Origin: an archaeon
GTDB lineage: Archaea > Nanobdellota > Nanobdellia > Pacearchaeales > GW2011-AR1
Reading direction: 5' to 3'
NCBI GenBank assembly: GCA_043821585.1
Contig: JBDRCQ010000015.1
Span: forward strand, 2,909 to 66,908
DNA length: 64,000 bases
Below the pieces are notes generated by a model, which saw only the letters and a list, made by a program, of their open reading frames with translations, was not told the DNA's origin and did no database searches. The position numbers and the translations under genes are program-made. Positions 1-8,444 of the stretch are shown piece after piece (positions within the stretch are counted from its first letter, which is position 1; every line of letters begins with the position of its first letter).

Positions 1-793
1 ATTTCATCGCCTTCTTTTAGTTCGCCGTCATAAATAATTGATTCTATGCAATCCATTGACTTTTCTTTTTTTATTTCTAAAATTACGCCTTTTGCTTCGT
101 TTGATATTTTTAGTCTTTCTTTTAGGAATTTTTGTGATAGTCCGCAGAGAGTTAAGAGAAGTTCTGGTATTCCTTCATGAGTTTTTGCAGAACAGGGGAC
201 GATTGCTATCTTCTTTGTGAAGTCTTTTACTTCATAGTACAGGTCTGAGTCGAAACCGTGTTCGTGTAGTGCGCCTTGGAAAGTTAAGAGGGCCTCTTGG
301 AAATCCTGGCTGGCCTGAATAGCTTGCGATTCTATTGATTCTTTTAAGGGTTTGTCTTTTTGGGTGCTCCAGCCGGAGACTGTGTCAATTTTATTGAATG
401 CAATTAAGAAGGGGGTTTTGTGGGCTTTTAGAATTTGTAGTACTTCTGCGGTTTGTGGTTTGATGCCTTCTTTTGCAGCCACTACCACAATCGCTAGATC
501 TGCCAGCGAGCCTCCACGCTTTCTTAGGTTTGTGAATGCTGCGTGGCCTGGCGTGTCGATAAATAAAAAGCCAGGGATTTCCAGCTTTACGCCATGCTTT
601 TCAATTAGGGGACAAGCGGAATTTATCTGGCTTAAGGGGAATTTTGTGAATGAAATCTTTTGGGTGATGCCTCCTGATTCTCCGCTTTGAACGCAGCTGC
701 CTCTAAAACAATCTAAAATAGAGGTTTTTCCATGATCTACGTGACCGGCAACTGTGACGATAGGTTGACGGATTTTTGTTTCACTGGTCATGG
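1..793 (-). CDS. infB: translation initiation factor aIF5B/IF2 (N-terminal part; C-terminus runs off window start)
   Basis: Reverse-complement translation from ATG at 791-793 gives MTSETKIRQPIVTVAGHVDHGKTSILD...FIDTPGHAAF...AFNKID: the G1/G3/G4 GTPase motifs of IF2/eIF5B. No stop codon before the window edge. The ORF track has no complete ORF here because it is truncated. Confidence 0.85.
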
Positions 794-839
794 GTAAAAT
801 AGTCCGAAGTGGGTTTTAAAGCTTTTCGCTATAACAAAG

Positions 840-847
840 TTTATTAA
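840..847 (+). promoter_or_regulatory. TATA-like box TTTATTAA about 29 nt upstream of the ATG at 869 (leaderless-type archaeal promoter)
   Basis: GTTTATTAAGGGTTATTTTTAGGGTG is repeated almost verbatim at 989-1016 ahead of the next gene. The spacing to the ATG is identical. Confidence 0.4.
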
Positions 848-868
848 GGGTTATTTTTAGGGTGCAAA

Positions 869-961
869 ATGGAAGAACATCATGAGGAAGAGACGCATGA
901 CGACAATGATATTTTGGAAGCGTTTGATGAAGGGTTTCTAGATGACGAAGAGGAAGAGTAG
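869..961 (+). CDS. hypothetical 30-aa highly acidic micropeptide (MEEHHEEETHDDNDILEAFDEGFLDDEEEE)
   Basis: A short ORF that starts exactly 29 nt after a TTTATTAA box. That box is duplicated in front of the downstream gene. There is no homology evidence. Confidence 0.3.
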   Translation: MEEHHEEETHDDNDILEAFDEGFLDDEEEE

Positions 962-990
962 ATCGGTAGTTGAACTTTCGTACGATAATC

Positions 991-998
991 TTTATTAA
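991..998 (+). promoter_or_regulatory. TATA-like box TTTATTAA 29 nt upstream of ATG 1020
   Basis: Second copy of the CTTTATTAAGGGTTGTTTTTTGGGTG motif. Confidence 0.4.
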
Positions 999-1019
999 GG
1001 GTTGTTTTTTGGGTGAGGC

Positions 1020-1667
1020 ATGAAGCTCGGATTGGGTGGCTTGAAAAGATTACTTCCCGGTGGGAAAGGAGATAACAAACGTACTTCTAGTAAAAGGCGA
1101 GTTGTTGGTGGAGATGGACCGCCTGTTGCTAGGGAAGGGGCTTATGTTGAGGCTATGGTTTCTGGAAATTATGAGGGTGGGCTGGTAAAGGTTAGATTTC
1201 TTGAAAGATATCGCGTGGTTATTGATACTGAAAGAGGGTATGTGCCTAAAAATATCCGAAGCCAGTTAGGCGTTCAGGGGAATCCATCTAGGATTGGAAT
1301 GGGGATAACTGGGCTCGATAGGGTGAGTGAGGCTTGGGCTGATCGGTATAAGGTGGGTAATGGTGGTATGCTTAAGATTCCTGTAAATGTTGTTCAAAGA
1401 TACATTGCCAATAAGATTGGTTTGAGTAGTCAGATTGTTACTTTGGGGGCTGGGCAGAGTGATGCCATCCTTGATGTTGGGGGTGGAAGTGATCAACGGG
1501 TGGAGGGGATAGATGCTATCGCTGCAGAGGTTTTGAGTAATGGGGGGGATGACAATGAGGGGACAACAGTTAGAAGTATTGGAGAAGGGATCTTTGATGA
1601 TTTAGATGTTGGTTCTGCAATGAAGGGCGATGCTGTAGATCCGAAGACTCTTAAGGCAGATGCTTAG
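1020..1667 (+). CDS. hypothetical protein (Gly-rich, 215 aa)
   Basis: Long ORF with a canonical promoter spacing. Composition is GC/Gly-rich relative to the flanks. No recognisable motif. Confidence 0.5.
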   Translation: MKLGLGGLKRLLPGGKGDNKRTSSKRRVVGGDGPPVAREGAYVEAMVSGNYEGGLVKVRFLERYRVVIDTERGYVPKNIRSQLGVQGNPSRIGMGITGLDRVSEAWADRYKVGNGGMLKIPVNVVQRYIANKIGLSSQIVTLGAGQSDAILDVGGGSDQRVEGIDAIAAEVLSNGGDDNEGTTVRSIGEGIFDDLDVGSAMKGDAVDPKTLKADA

Positions 1668-1696
1668 AATAATTAGTTTTTTAGAACAAAGTTAAA

Positions 1697-2059
1697 TTAC
1701 ATTGCTTCTTCTTCGATTGATTCTTTAGAAGTTGAGGGGGAGGATTCCTCTTTTCGCTCGGAAGGCGTCTTATCCCCTGTCAGTTTTGCTTGTGCTTGAG
1801 CGGACTCAAGATCTTTTTCATCAATTGAATTGATTGCGGCCTTGAAGGCATTGAAGTGCTCTGCAGGAATTCGTGTGCCTGCTTTTGTAAAACCAGTGTA
1901 CCTTTCGGATTTGACAAACTCGCGGATTGTCAGGCCGACTTTACCCCCAAAGTCATCGATTCTGATTACGATATCAGTGTCCGGATTTTTTGTAATCCGG
2001 TCTATGTCCTTTTCCATTTTTGGTGATAAGGAGAATTCTATATAAATGTTAGTGTTCAT
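1697..2059 (-). CDS. PC4/YdbC-like ssDNA-binding (transcriptional coactivator p15-like) domain protein
   Basis: DIVIRIDDFGGKVGLTIREFVKSERYTGFTKAGTRIPAEHFNAFKAAINSI matches the PC4 C-terminal fold pattern (KG..L.IREF......G.......W..L...I). The tail is acidic and Ser-rich. Confidence 0.45.
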   Translation of the reverse strand: MNTNIYIEFSLSPKMEKDIDRITKNPDTDIVIRIDDFGGKVGLTIREFVKSERYTGFTKAGTRIPAEHFNAFKAAINSIDEKDLESAQAQAKLTGDKTPSERKEESSPSTSKESIEEEAM

Positions 2060-2098
2060 TGATGAGTTATATCTTAAAACATGTTTTGGGTTAGGTTT

Positions 2099-2512
2099 TT
2101 ATTCTAGGTACTTCTCGAAACAGTATCTGCTTACTTGAGTGAATCCTCTATCCTTCCAGAATTTATGCGGATCTATTCTAGCTTGAGGATTTTCTCGTGC
2201 GTAAAGTGCTAAAGCTATAACGTTGCTTTCTCTAAAGGCATCCTCAACGGCCGTATAAACGGCGGTGCCTAGGCCATTATTGCGCGAATTTGGGTTTATC
2301 GAAAGATCGTCAATAAAACCCACTGGGCCCCTTAGGGAAAAAGTAGCTTGTGTTCTAAGTGCCATCGGGATAGGTTCGTCTCTCCTGAAAAGAACGGCGG
2401 GGAAATATTCTGACGTGCTCGTTATAACTAGATCTGCTGGGCCGTATACTTCTGATCGAACTATTTTCTCTAAGAATGCTAGCCGGATTCTTTCAATTTG
2501 GTGGAGGCTCAT
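2099..2512 (-). CDS. GNAT family N-acetyltransferase
   Basis: Acetyl-CoA binding motif NGLGTAVYTAVEDAF in a 137-aa protein. Confidence 0.65.
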   Translation of the reverse strand: MSLHQIERIRLAFLEKIVRSEVYGPADLVITSTSEYFPAVLFRRDEPIPMALRTQATFSLRGPVGFIDDLSINPNSRNNGLGTAVYTAVEDAFRESNVIALALYARENPQARIDPHKFWKDRGFTQVSRYCFEKYLE

Positions 2513-2556
2513 GGAGTCTTACTTGCCAGTGTATTTAAAAAACTGACGTTTCTTGT

Positions 2557-3519
2557 TTGCTCATGGTTTTGAAAATTGGTAGCTTGAAACTGAAGAATCA
2601 ATTAGTTTTGGCGCCGATGGTGGATGTGACTGATTTGCCTTATCGGCTTTTGTGTCGAAAGTGTGGTGCAGGGTTGGCTTATACTGAGATGGTTTATATT
2701 GATGCGGCGTTGCATGAGAATGCTAAGACTTTGAAGATGATGAAAACTTGTGAGGAAGACTCGCCTTTGGGTCTGCAGATTACAGGTGATCGGTTGGAGG
2801 AATTTGAGGAGTTTGTTTCTCGTGAAGATCTCTGGAAGGATTATGATCTGATTGATTTGAATTGTGGTTGTCCTTCTTTGCGTGTTGCTAGAAAGAGCGG
2901 AGCTGGTTCGTTTTTAATGAATGACTCTGAGAAGATCGCCTCTTTTGTGAGGGTTTTGAAGAAGACGGGGAAACCTGTTACAGTTAAGGTTCGATTGGGT
3001 TTTGGCAAGATTAATGTTTTGGAAGTTGCTAGAGCTATTGAAGATGTTGGAGCTGATGCAATTACTGTTCATGCGAGGTTGGCGACTGAGGGAGGACGGG
3101 ATCGCGCCCAATGGGAATGGATCTCTAAGGTTAAGGAGACTGTGAAAATCCCTGTGATTGGTAATGGGGACATTGTTGATGGGGCCTCTGCGAATGAAGT
3201 TTTGGAGAGGTGTGATGGAGCTATGATCGCTAGGGCTGCAATTGGGGACCCTTTGATTTTTAGTCGCGTGCAGAACTATTTAGATGGAAAAGTTGAAGGG
3301 GAGATTGATTTGACCAAGAATTTGGAACTGTTTAAGGAGTATTTGAAACTGCAGAGGGAGCATTATGGGGATGGAGTTGATTTTGGGAAGATCAAGTATG
3401 TGGGTGGGCGGTTTTTGAAGAAAATGAAGGGGGCTGCTCGTTTACGTGAGGAGTTTCATGCCTTGAAGAGGTTGAAGGATATTGAGGTGTTTGTTGAGAG
3501 ACTAAATAATTTTATATAA
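2557..3519 (+). CDS. dus: tRNA-dihydrouridine synthase (Dus family)
   Basis: LAPMVDVTDLPYRLLCR...DLNCGCP...KPVTVKVRLG are Dus TIM-barrel signatures. Confidence 0.8.
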   Translation: MLMVLKIGSLKLKNQLVLAPMVDVTDLPYRLLCRKCGAGLAYTEMVYIDAALHENAKTLKMMKTCEEDSPLGLQITGDRLEEFEEFVSREDLWKDYDLIDLNCGCPSLRVARKSGAGSFLMNDSEKIASFVRVLKKTGKPVTVKVRLGFGKINVLEVARAIEDVGADAITVHARLATEGGRDRAQWEWISKVKETVKIPVIGNGDIVDGASANEVLERCDGAMIARAAIGDPLIFSRVQNYLDGKVEGEIDLTKNLELFKEYLKLQREHYGDGVDFGKIKYVGGRFLKKMKGAARLREEFHALKRLKDIEVFVERLNNFI

Positions 3520-3539
3520 CCTGGAATTTTTGAAATGTA

Positions 3540-4931
3540 ATGGAATTGAAACTGTTTAACACTCTGACGCGGAAGAAAGATGTTTTCAAGCCGATAAAGA
3601 AGGGCGAGGTTGGAATGTATTCTTGTGGACCGACTGTTTATTGGTATCAGCACATAGGTAACTTGAGAGCTTATTTGTTTGCGGATACTTTGAAGAGGGT
3701 TTTGGAATATAATGGGCTGAAAGTTAAACATGTCGTGAATGTTACGGATGTTGGGCACCTGACCTCTGATGCGGACGAGGGTGATGATAAAATGGAGGCG
3801 GCGGCCAGGAAGGAGGGTAAGAAGGCGGAGGAGATTGCGGAGTTTTATTTTAAGGTTTTTAGGGAAGACATGAAAAAGTTGAACATTAAAGAGCCGAGTG
3901 TTTGGTGTAAGGCGACTGACCACATAAAAGAGCAAATTGGATTAGTTGAGAAGCTGGAAGAGAGGGGATTTACATATGAGACGTCTGACGGGATTTATTT
4001 TGATTCTTCAAAGTTCAAAGATTATGGGAAGTTGGCTAAACTTAGGATTGAAGGGTTGGAAGAAGGAAAGAGGATTTCCGCTGGGGAGAAAAGGAATAAG
4101 ACCGACTTCGCTTTGTGGAAATTTTCTGAGAAGCCTGGTTTGAGGCAACAAGAGTGGGAGTCGCCTTGGGGTGTTGGTTTTCCAGGGTGGCACATTGAAT
4201 GTTCTGCTATGAGCATGAAATACCTTGGAGAGAGTTTTGATATCCATACAGGAGGGGAAGATCATGTGCCGATTCATCATACTAATGAAATTGCGCAGAG
4301 CGAGTGTGCTACCGGAAAGAAGTTTGTGAATTATTGGATGCATAATGCGTTTTTGGTGAACCGGGCTGGAGAGAAGGTTTCGAAGTCTAAGGGGGGGTTG
4401 TTCACTGTTTCGGAGCTTGAGGAGAAAGGGTACGATCCGCTTGATTTTAGGTATTTATTTCTGTTGACACATTATCGGAAGCCTCTGAAGTTTTCTTTAG
4501 AAGGTCTTGATGCGGCGAAGACAGGTCATGGCAGATTGAAGAAGAAAGTCCTTGAATTGAAGGTGGAAAAGCATAAAGGGCAGGATAACTCTGGAGAGTA
4601 TGAGGATAGGTTTGTGGGTGCAGTGAATGATGATTTGAATACGCCTGCTGCCTTAGGAATTGTTTGGGAAATGTTGGATGATTTCAATTTTGATGCTAAA
4701 AAGAAACTGAATCTTTTGGAAAAGTTTGATTCTGTTCTTGGGTTGAATGTTGGGGGCATGAAGGAAGAGAAAATTGATGTTCCGAAAGAGGTTCAAGATT
4801 TAGTCGATGAGCGGGAAAAGTTGAGGAAAGCGAAGATGTGGGCAGAGTCTGACTTGTTTAGGGAAAGGATTTTGGAAAAGGGCTTTAGGGTGGCGGATGG
4901 TCCGGATGGGCCTAAATTAGAGAAGGCTTAG
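3540..4931 (+). CDS. cysS: cysteinyl-tRNA synthetase
   Basis: [20 protein letters not shown] (HIGH region), Zn-binding CSAM, and KVSKSKGG (KMSKS). Confidence 0.9.
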   Translation: MELKLFNTLTRKKDVFKPIKKGEVGMYSCGPTVYWYQHIGNLRAYLFADTLKRVLEYNGLKVKHVVNVTDVGHLTSDADEGDDKMEAAARKEGKKAEEIAEFYFKVFREDMKKLNIKEPSVWCKATDHIKEQIGLVEKLEERGFTYETSDGIYFDSSKFKDYGKLAKLRIEGLEEGKRISAGEKRNKTDFALWKFSEKPGLRQQEWESPWGVGFPGWHIECSAMSMKYLGESFDIHTGGEDHVPIHHTNEIAQSECATGKKFVNYWMHNAFLVNRAGEKVSKSKGGLFTVSELEEKGYDPLDFRYLFLLTHYRKPLKFSLEGLDAAKTGHGRLKKKVLELKVEKHKGQDNSGEYEDRFVGAVNDDLNTPAALGIVWEMLDDFNFDAKKKLNLLEKFDSVLGLNVGGMKEEKIDVPKEVQDLVDEREKLRKAKMWAESDLFRERILEKGFRVADGPDGPKLEKA

Positions 4932-4965
4932 AAACTTTTAATAATGGTCTTTTTGTGGGGTTTTT

Positions 4966-5274
4966 ATGTTATTTTTTAACATTGAAGACAGAAAGAAGTA
5001 TTTGTACTTTAAGAGAAAGAAGTTCACTTTGAGTCTGTCTTTTGTGCCTTTAGCGGTTTATTTTTTTCTTCTTCCTATTGCTACATTGTTCATAAAAACA
5101 GATATTTTTGTGTTGGCAGGGATTTTGTTGATGTTTCTTGTTTATGTATTTGGGATGTGGATGGCTATTGAAGGGATTATAATGAATCGCAAGATTGGTT
5201 ATTATCGAAGGAAAGGTAAAAAAATTGAGTTTGAGTTTGGAAAAGGAATATCTGGAGTTAAGGTTTACAAATAA
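4966..5274 (+). CDS. hypothetical membrane protein (2 TM)
   Basis: Two hydrophobic helices. No homology evidence. Confidence 0.35.
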   Translation: MLFFNIEDRKKYLYFKRKKFTLSLSFVPLAVYFFLLPIATLFIKTDIFVLAGILLMFLVYVFGMWMAIEGIIMNRKIGYYRRKGKKIEFEFGKGISGVKVYK

Positions 5275-6153
5275 TTAATCAAATCTTCTTTTATACTTGC
5301 TATCTCTCTCTTCTTTGTGTGATTCTATTTTTTCTCCGCGTTTAATTCTTTCTAGCATCTTCTTTTTTTCTTCAAGTCTTTTTTCTGCGTCAGAGAGTCT
5401 GTTTCTTTTCTTGTACATGTCTATTTGTCTTTCAACATTTTCTATTTCGCTTTCTATTGAATCAAGGTCTTTGTCTCCGGAGTGGTCTTGCCTGTGGCGT
5501 TTATCTAAATTCACTGGTTCCATGCCATATCTTGGAGTGCTCTCATGATGACGAACTTTCATCATGACGAATATAACTATTGCACCTATTATTCCTACTA
5601 CGAAGATAGAACCTAAGACGTAGTAAATTATTTTCATTGTTTCTGGTTCTAAGCCAATGCCTTCGTCCGAAATAGCGTTTCCAGTAATATTGGTTTGGTT
5701 GTCCTCAGTTTCGTTGTCTATTGGGTCATCTGCTGGGGGATTATCTGTTTCGTCATCCGTAGGGTTGTCTGCTGGGGGATCGTTCGTTGGATCATCCTCC
5801 ATGTCAAGCGGGTTTACATAGCCATCGGGTATTAGGGCGGGTAGTTCGACTGTGCCTCCTGCGTTGTATGGACCAAGTTCTTCTCTATACTCCTGTATTC
5901 CTGTTAAAGCGTTTTTTACTATAACTAAAACCTCGAAAGGAGAGGTTGTTTTTTCGTATGAATATTCTACATGGCCGTAAACATCTGAAAGGAAGTGTTC
6001 GGGTGGAGAAATTTGGTATCCTAAATTTTCGGACCATGCGGATATGAAAACGTCGCGTCCGGGAAGGGTCGTTAGTTTGACGGTTGTTGCAGCGGCAGTT
6101 AATGGAATTAATAAGAGAAGGGCCACTACCGCGAATATTAATTTCGACCTCAT
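5275..6153 (-). CDS. hypothetical secreted/membrane protein with acidic DPxxD repeats and a coiled-coil C-terminus
   Basis: Likely start is MRSKLIFAVVALLLLIPLTAAA (signal/TM) at 6151-6153. The ORF track extends it to 6360 with no protein-like N-terminus. Contains PTNDPPADNPTDDETDNPPADDPIDNETEDN repeats, a TM helix and a C-terminal charged coil. Confidence 0.5.
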   Translation of the reverse strand: MRSKLIFAVVALLLLIPLTAAATTVKLTTLPGRDVFISAWSENLGYQISPPEHFLSDVYGHVEYSYEKTTSPFEVLVIVKNALTGIQEYREELGPYNAGGTVELPALIPDGYVNPLDMEDDPTNDPPADNPTDDETDNPPADDPIDNETEDNQTNITGNAISDEGIGLEPETMKIIYYVLGSIFVVGIIGAIVIFVMMKVRHHESTPRYGMEPVNLDKRHRQDHSGDKDLDSIESEIENVERQIDMYKKRNRLSDAEKRLEEKKKMLERIKRGEKIESHKEERDSKYKRRFD

Positions 6154-6414
6154 TCGTTTTTTTAGTATCTTGTGTTTATAAATATTTTGAGGGCAGAGTT
6201 TTTTTCTAGTTTTTGGAGAGTCCTTTGTTATTCTTCTAGAAGTACTGCTGCTGCAACCACTGTTGTCTTCTGCAGATTGGGTTGTGTCTGTTGTTTTCAA
6301 AATTTGTCCGCTTGCTTTGTAAACTTGTTCTCTTTCATCCCATGCTTTGTCGGGGGTCAAATTCTATGTCTAATTGAGGAAAACCTATTTAAACATTGTA
6401 ATCGGAAGCTATGA

Positions 6415-7281
6415 GTGTTATCTTTTAATGAAATATTTAATTTAGCAACCAAGGAATTGTCCTGGTTGAAGATACTTGTAGTGGTAGTTATCTTGATAAC
6501 TGTTTTTAACGTATTCTTGAGTTACTTAAAAAAATATCTATTGAGAAAAACAAGGTCTAAAAAACAAGTATCTAACGTGAAAATCTTCACAAGGATCCTT
6601 AGCGCCACCTTTGCAGTTTTGATAATAGTCTTGGCTTTTTTTAGTTACACAGGTTCATGGACAAGCCTTAGCCTTGTAGTTGGGCTTTTAACAGCAGCGC
6701 TGGGTTTTGCTCTGCAAAAACCGATTACGGGGATAGCTGCTTGGGTGATGGTTATCATAAAGAGACCATTTAATATCGGGGACAGGATAGTGATAGGAGA
6801 TGTAAGGGGAGAGGTGTATGATATTACTCTTACACATGTCTATATAGATGAAGTTGGAGGGCTGATAGAAAGCGACCTCCCGTCGGGTAGGAATATCATG
6901 GTCCCGAATCACCTTTTGTTTGAGCACAATATAATTAATTACACTCTTACAAATGATTATGTCCTGGGAGAAGTTGTGGTAGAAGTAACTTATGAAAGCA
7001 ATTTGGACAAAGCGATGCAGATAGTCAGCGAATGTACGCTTAACTATGTAAATGAATATGTTTCTGCTATGAAGAGAGAACCTAAAATAAGAATCAAAGC
7101 AGGAGCAAGCGGTGTTGTGATCAGGTCGCTTTTTTACGCTCCGATCAATGTCATAAATCAAGTAACTAGCAATATAACCAAGGAGATCCATGAAAGATTC
7201 TTCAAAGAAAAAGATGTTGAGTTTGCATATCCCCATACGGAGATAATCTTTAAGGACAAAAAGCTTTTTAAGAAATCTTAG
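6415..7281 (+). CDS. mechanosensitive ion channel (MscS family)
   Basis: TM helices, then GFALQKPITGIAAWVMVIIKRPFNIGDRIVIGDVRGEVYDITLTHVYI (MscS beta-domain signature). Confidence 0.8.
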   Translation: MLSFNEIFNLATKELSWLKILVVVVILITVFNVFLSYLKKYLLRKTRSKKQVSNVKIFTRILSATFAVLIIVLAFFSYTGSWTSLSLVVGLLTAALGFALQKPITGIAAWVMVIIKRPFNIGDRIVIGDVRGEVYDITLTHVYIDEVGGLIESDLPSGRNIMVPNHLLFEHNIINYTLTNDYVLGEVVVEVTYESNLDKAMQIVSECTLNYVNEYVSAMKREPKIRIKAGASGVVIRSLFYAPINVINQVTSNITKEIHERFFKEKDVEFAYPHTEIIFKDKKLFKKS

Positions 7282-7365
7282 GGAAACAGTTTGTCTCGTT
7301 GTTTGATTATCTTCTTATTCCAGCCCACAAACCTTTAAAATCTATTATTTCTCTCTATCTTTAGG

Positions 7366-7379
7366 CCGATGTTGGGCAA
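7366..7379 (+). repeat. duplicated tRNA 5' fragment (GCCGATGTTGGGCA), identical to the 5' end of the tRNA-like gene at 7464
   Basis: Exact 14-nt copy. Downstream sequence shares GAGCAAGT with the tRNA but lacks a T-arm. Confidence 0.5.
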
Positions 7380-7463
7380 AGTGAATTGCCATGCAATTCT
7401 CATTCGAACACGAGCAAGTCCGCATTCGAGTGGCGTCCACTGCCGGTTGATAAAAACGTACAT

Positions 7464-7545
7464 GCCGATGTTGGGCAGTGGTAGCCCGCTTGCTTGGAGA
7501 GCAAGTTTCTTCACCGATATGCAGGTTCGATTCCTGCCATCGGCG
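7464..7545 (+). tRNA. atypical tRNA-like gene. The anticodon loop reads GGA (Ser), but the D-arm is class I and the 15-nt variable region is unstructured.
   Basis: Acceptor GCCGATG/CATCGGC plus G73. D-arm GGGC-AGTGGTA-GCCC. Anticodon stem CTTGC/GCAAG with loop TTGGAGA. T-arm GCAGG-TTCGATT-CCTGC. Whether it is an intact tRNA cannot be judged by eye. Confidence 0.5.
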
Positions 7546-7624
7546 TTTAGAATCTCACCTGGAATACTCACTTCGTTCGCATACGACTCGCTTGTGGCTG
7601 TCGGATACTCACTTCGTTCGCATA

Positions 7625-7648
7625 CAGGTTCGATTCCTGCTATCGGCG
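7625..7648 (+). repeat. duplicated, slightly degenerate tRNA 3' fragment (CAGGTTCGATTCCTGCTATCGGCG)
   Basis: Copy of the T-arm and 3' acceptor of the upstream tRNA with 2 substitutions. It is preceded by two 21-bp direct repeats ATACTCACTTCGTTCGCATAC (7564-7584, 7604-7624). Confidence 0.5.
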
Positions 7649-7652
7649 TTTT

Positions 7653-8328
7653 TTATTCGGGCCGGGTTCTTAGCATTTTGTATGTTTGTTCATGCTGTGC
7701 TATTTTGGTTTCAAGATCCGCGATAATCTGCTGATGAATTGTCTCTGCGTCTTGTGTGCCATCGACAACCATTATTCTACTAGGTTCTTTTGCTGCTATT
7801 TCTAAGAATCCTTGTCTTACTGCTTGGTGGAATTCATAGTTTTTTCTTTCCATTCTGTCTGGCTCTCTTCCCACCCTCCCCATACCTATTTCTACCGGAA
7901 CATCCATAAAATAAGATCTGTTTGGGACAAGCTCTTCTGTCGCGAGACGCCCGCATTGTTCAACATATTCTGAAGAGACTCTTCCTGCTACCCCTTTAAG
8001 CTCTTGTCGCATCAACAAATCTATCTAGAAAGACGAGTCTGCCTTTAGCTAAGGCTGGTTTGATTACTTCATGTACTAACTGGGCCCTTGAACTCATGAA
8101 TAAGAAAACCTCAGTTAGGGGGGCCATTTCTTCTGCATCAAAGTGCAATAAAAGGTGCCTTATATGGTCTCCAATTTTTGTCCCACCTGGATCTCTTGCT
8201 CTTATCACTTCATAGCCTTTTTCTCTAAAATGCCTCTCTGCTAGATTTAGTTGAGTGCCTTTGCCGCTGCCATCAGGGCCGTCAAAATGCGCAAAAAACC
8301 CCTTATATTCACCTCTATCTTTAGCCAT
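7653..8328 (-). pseudogene. tmk: thymidylate kinase, frameshifted (two overlapping ORFs)
   Basis: ORF 8328-7996 holds the N-terminal half (DGPDGSGKGTQ P-loop, RDPGGT, DRFVDATRA). ORF 8018-7653 holds the C-terminal half in another frame (..KGVAGRVSSEYVEQ.., lid region). A single-base deletion in GCTTAAAGGGG would restore DATRAYKGVAG. Confidence 0.7.
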
Positions 8329-8444
8329 TAATTTGATTTAACTGATGAAGTTATAAAGAATTGCTGTTGTGGGAAATATGGTTTTGTTGAATATATGCTT
8401 TTTTTCATATACATCCTTATATAGAAAATATTTTTCATTTAGGT

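Noticed and set aside
1266-4343. Many antisense or embedded ORFs (60-160 aa) inside cysS, dus, gltX, pepF, pheS, the helicase and others. Examples: 1266-1496, 3456-3935, 4008-4343, 15703-16044, 36511-36846, 57136-57348.
   Set aside because: Each lies wholly inside a well-supported gene on the other strand or frame. They show low-complexity, Leu/Phe/Ser-rich composition typical of antisense frames in A/T-rich DNA.
6154-6360. Longer version of the acidic-repeat protein starting at 6360
   Set aside because: A signal-peptide-like MRSKLIFAVVALLLL start at 6153 is more plausible. The upstream 69 codons are Ser/Thr/Cys-rich with no structure and overlap the MscS promoter region.
7335-7734. Three overlapping six-frame ORFs (7335-7571 minus, 7369-7734 plus, 7478-7726 plus) across the tRNA-fragment locus
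   Set aside because: They run through tRNA-like sequence and direct repeats. They have no protein-like composition and overlap each other in different frames. They are artefacts of a stop-poor, GC-rich RNA region.
7990-8025. Programmed ribosomal frameshift in tmk
   Set aside because: There is no slippery heptamer or downstream structure. The shift sits in an A/G homopolymer context, typical of an indel (real or sequencing) rather than recoding.
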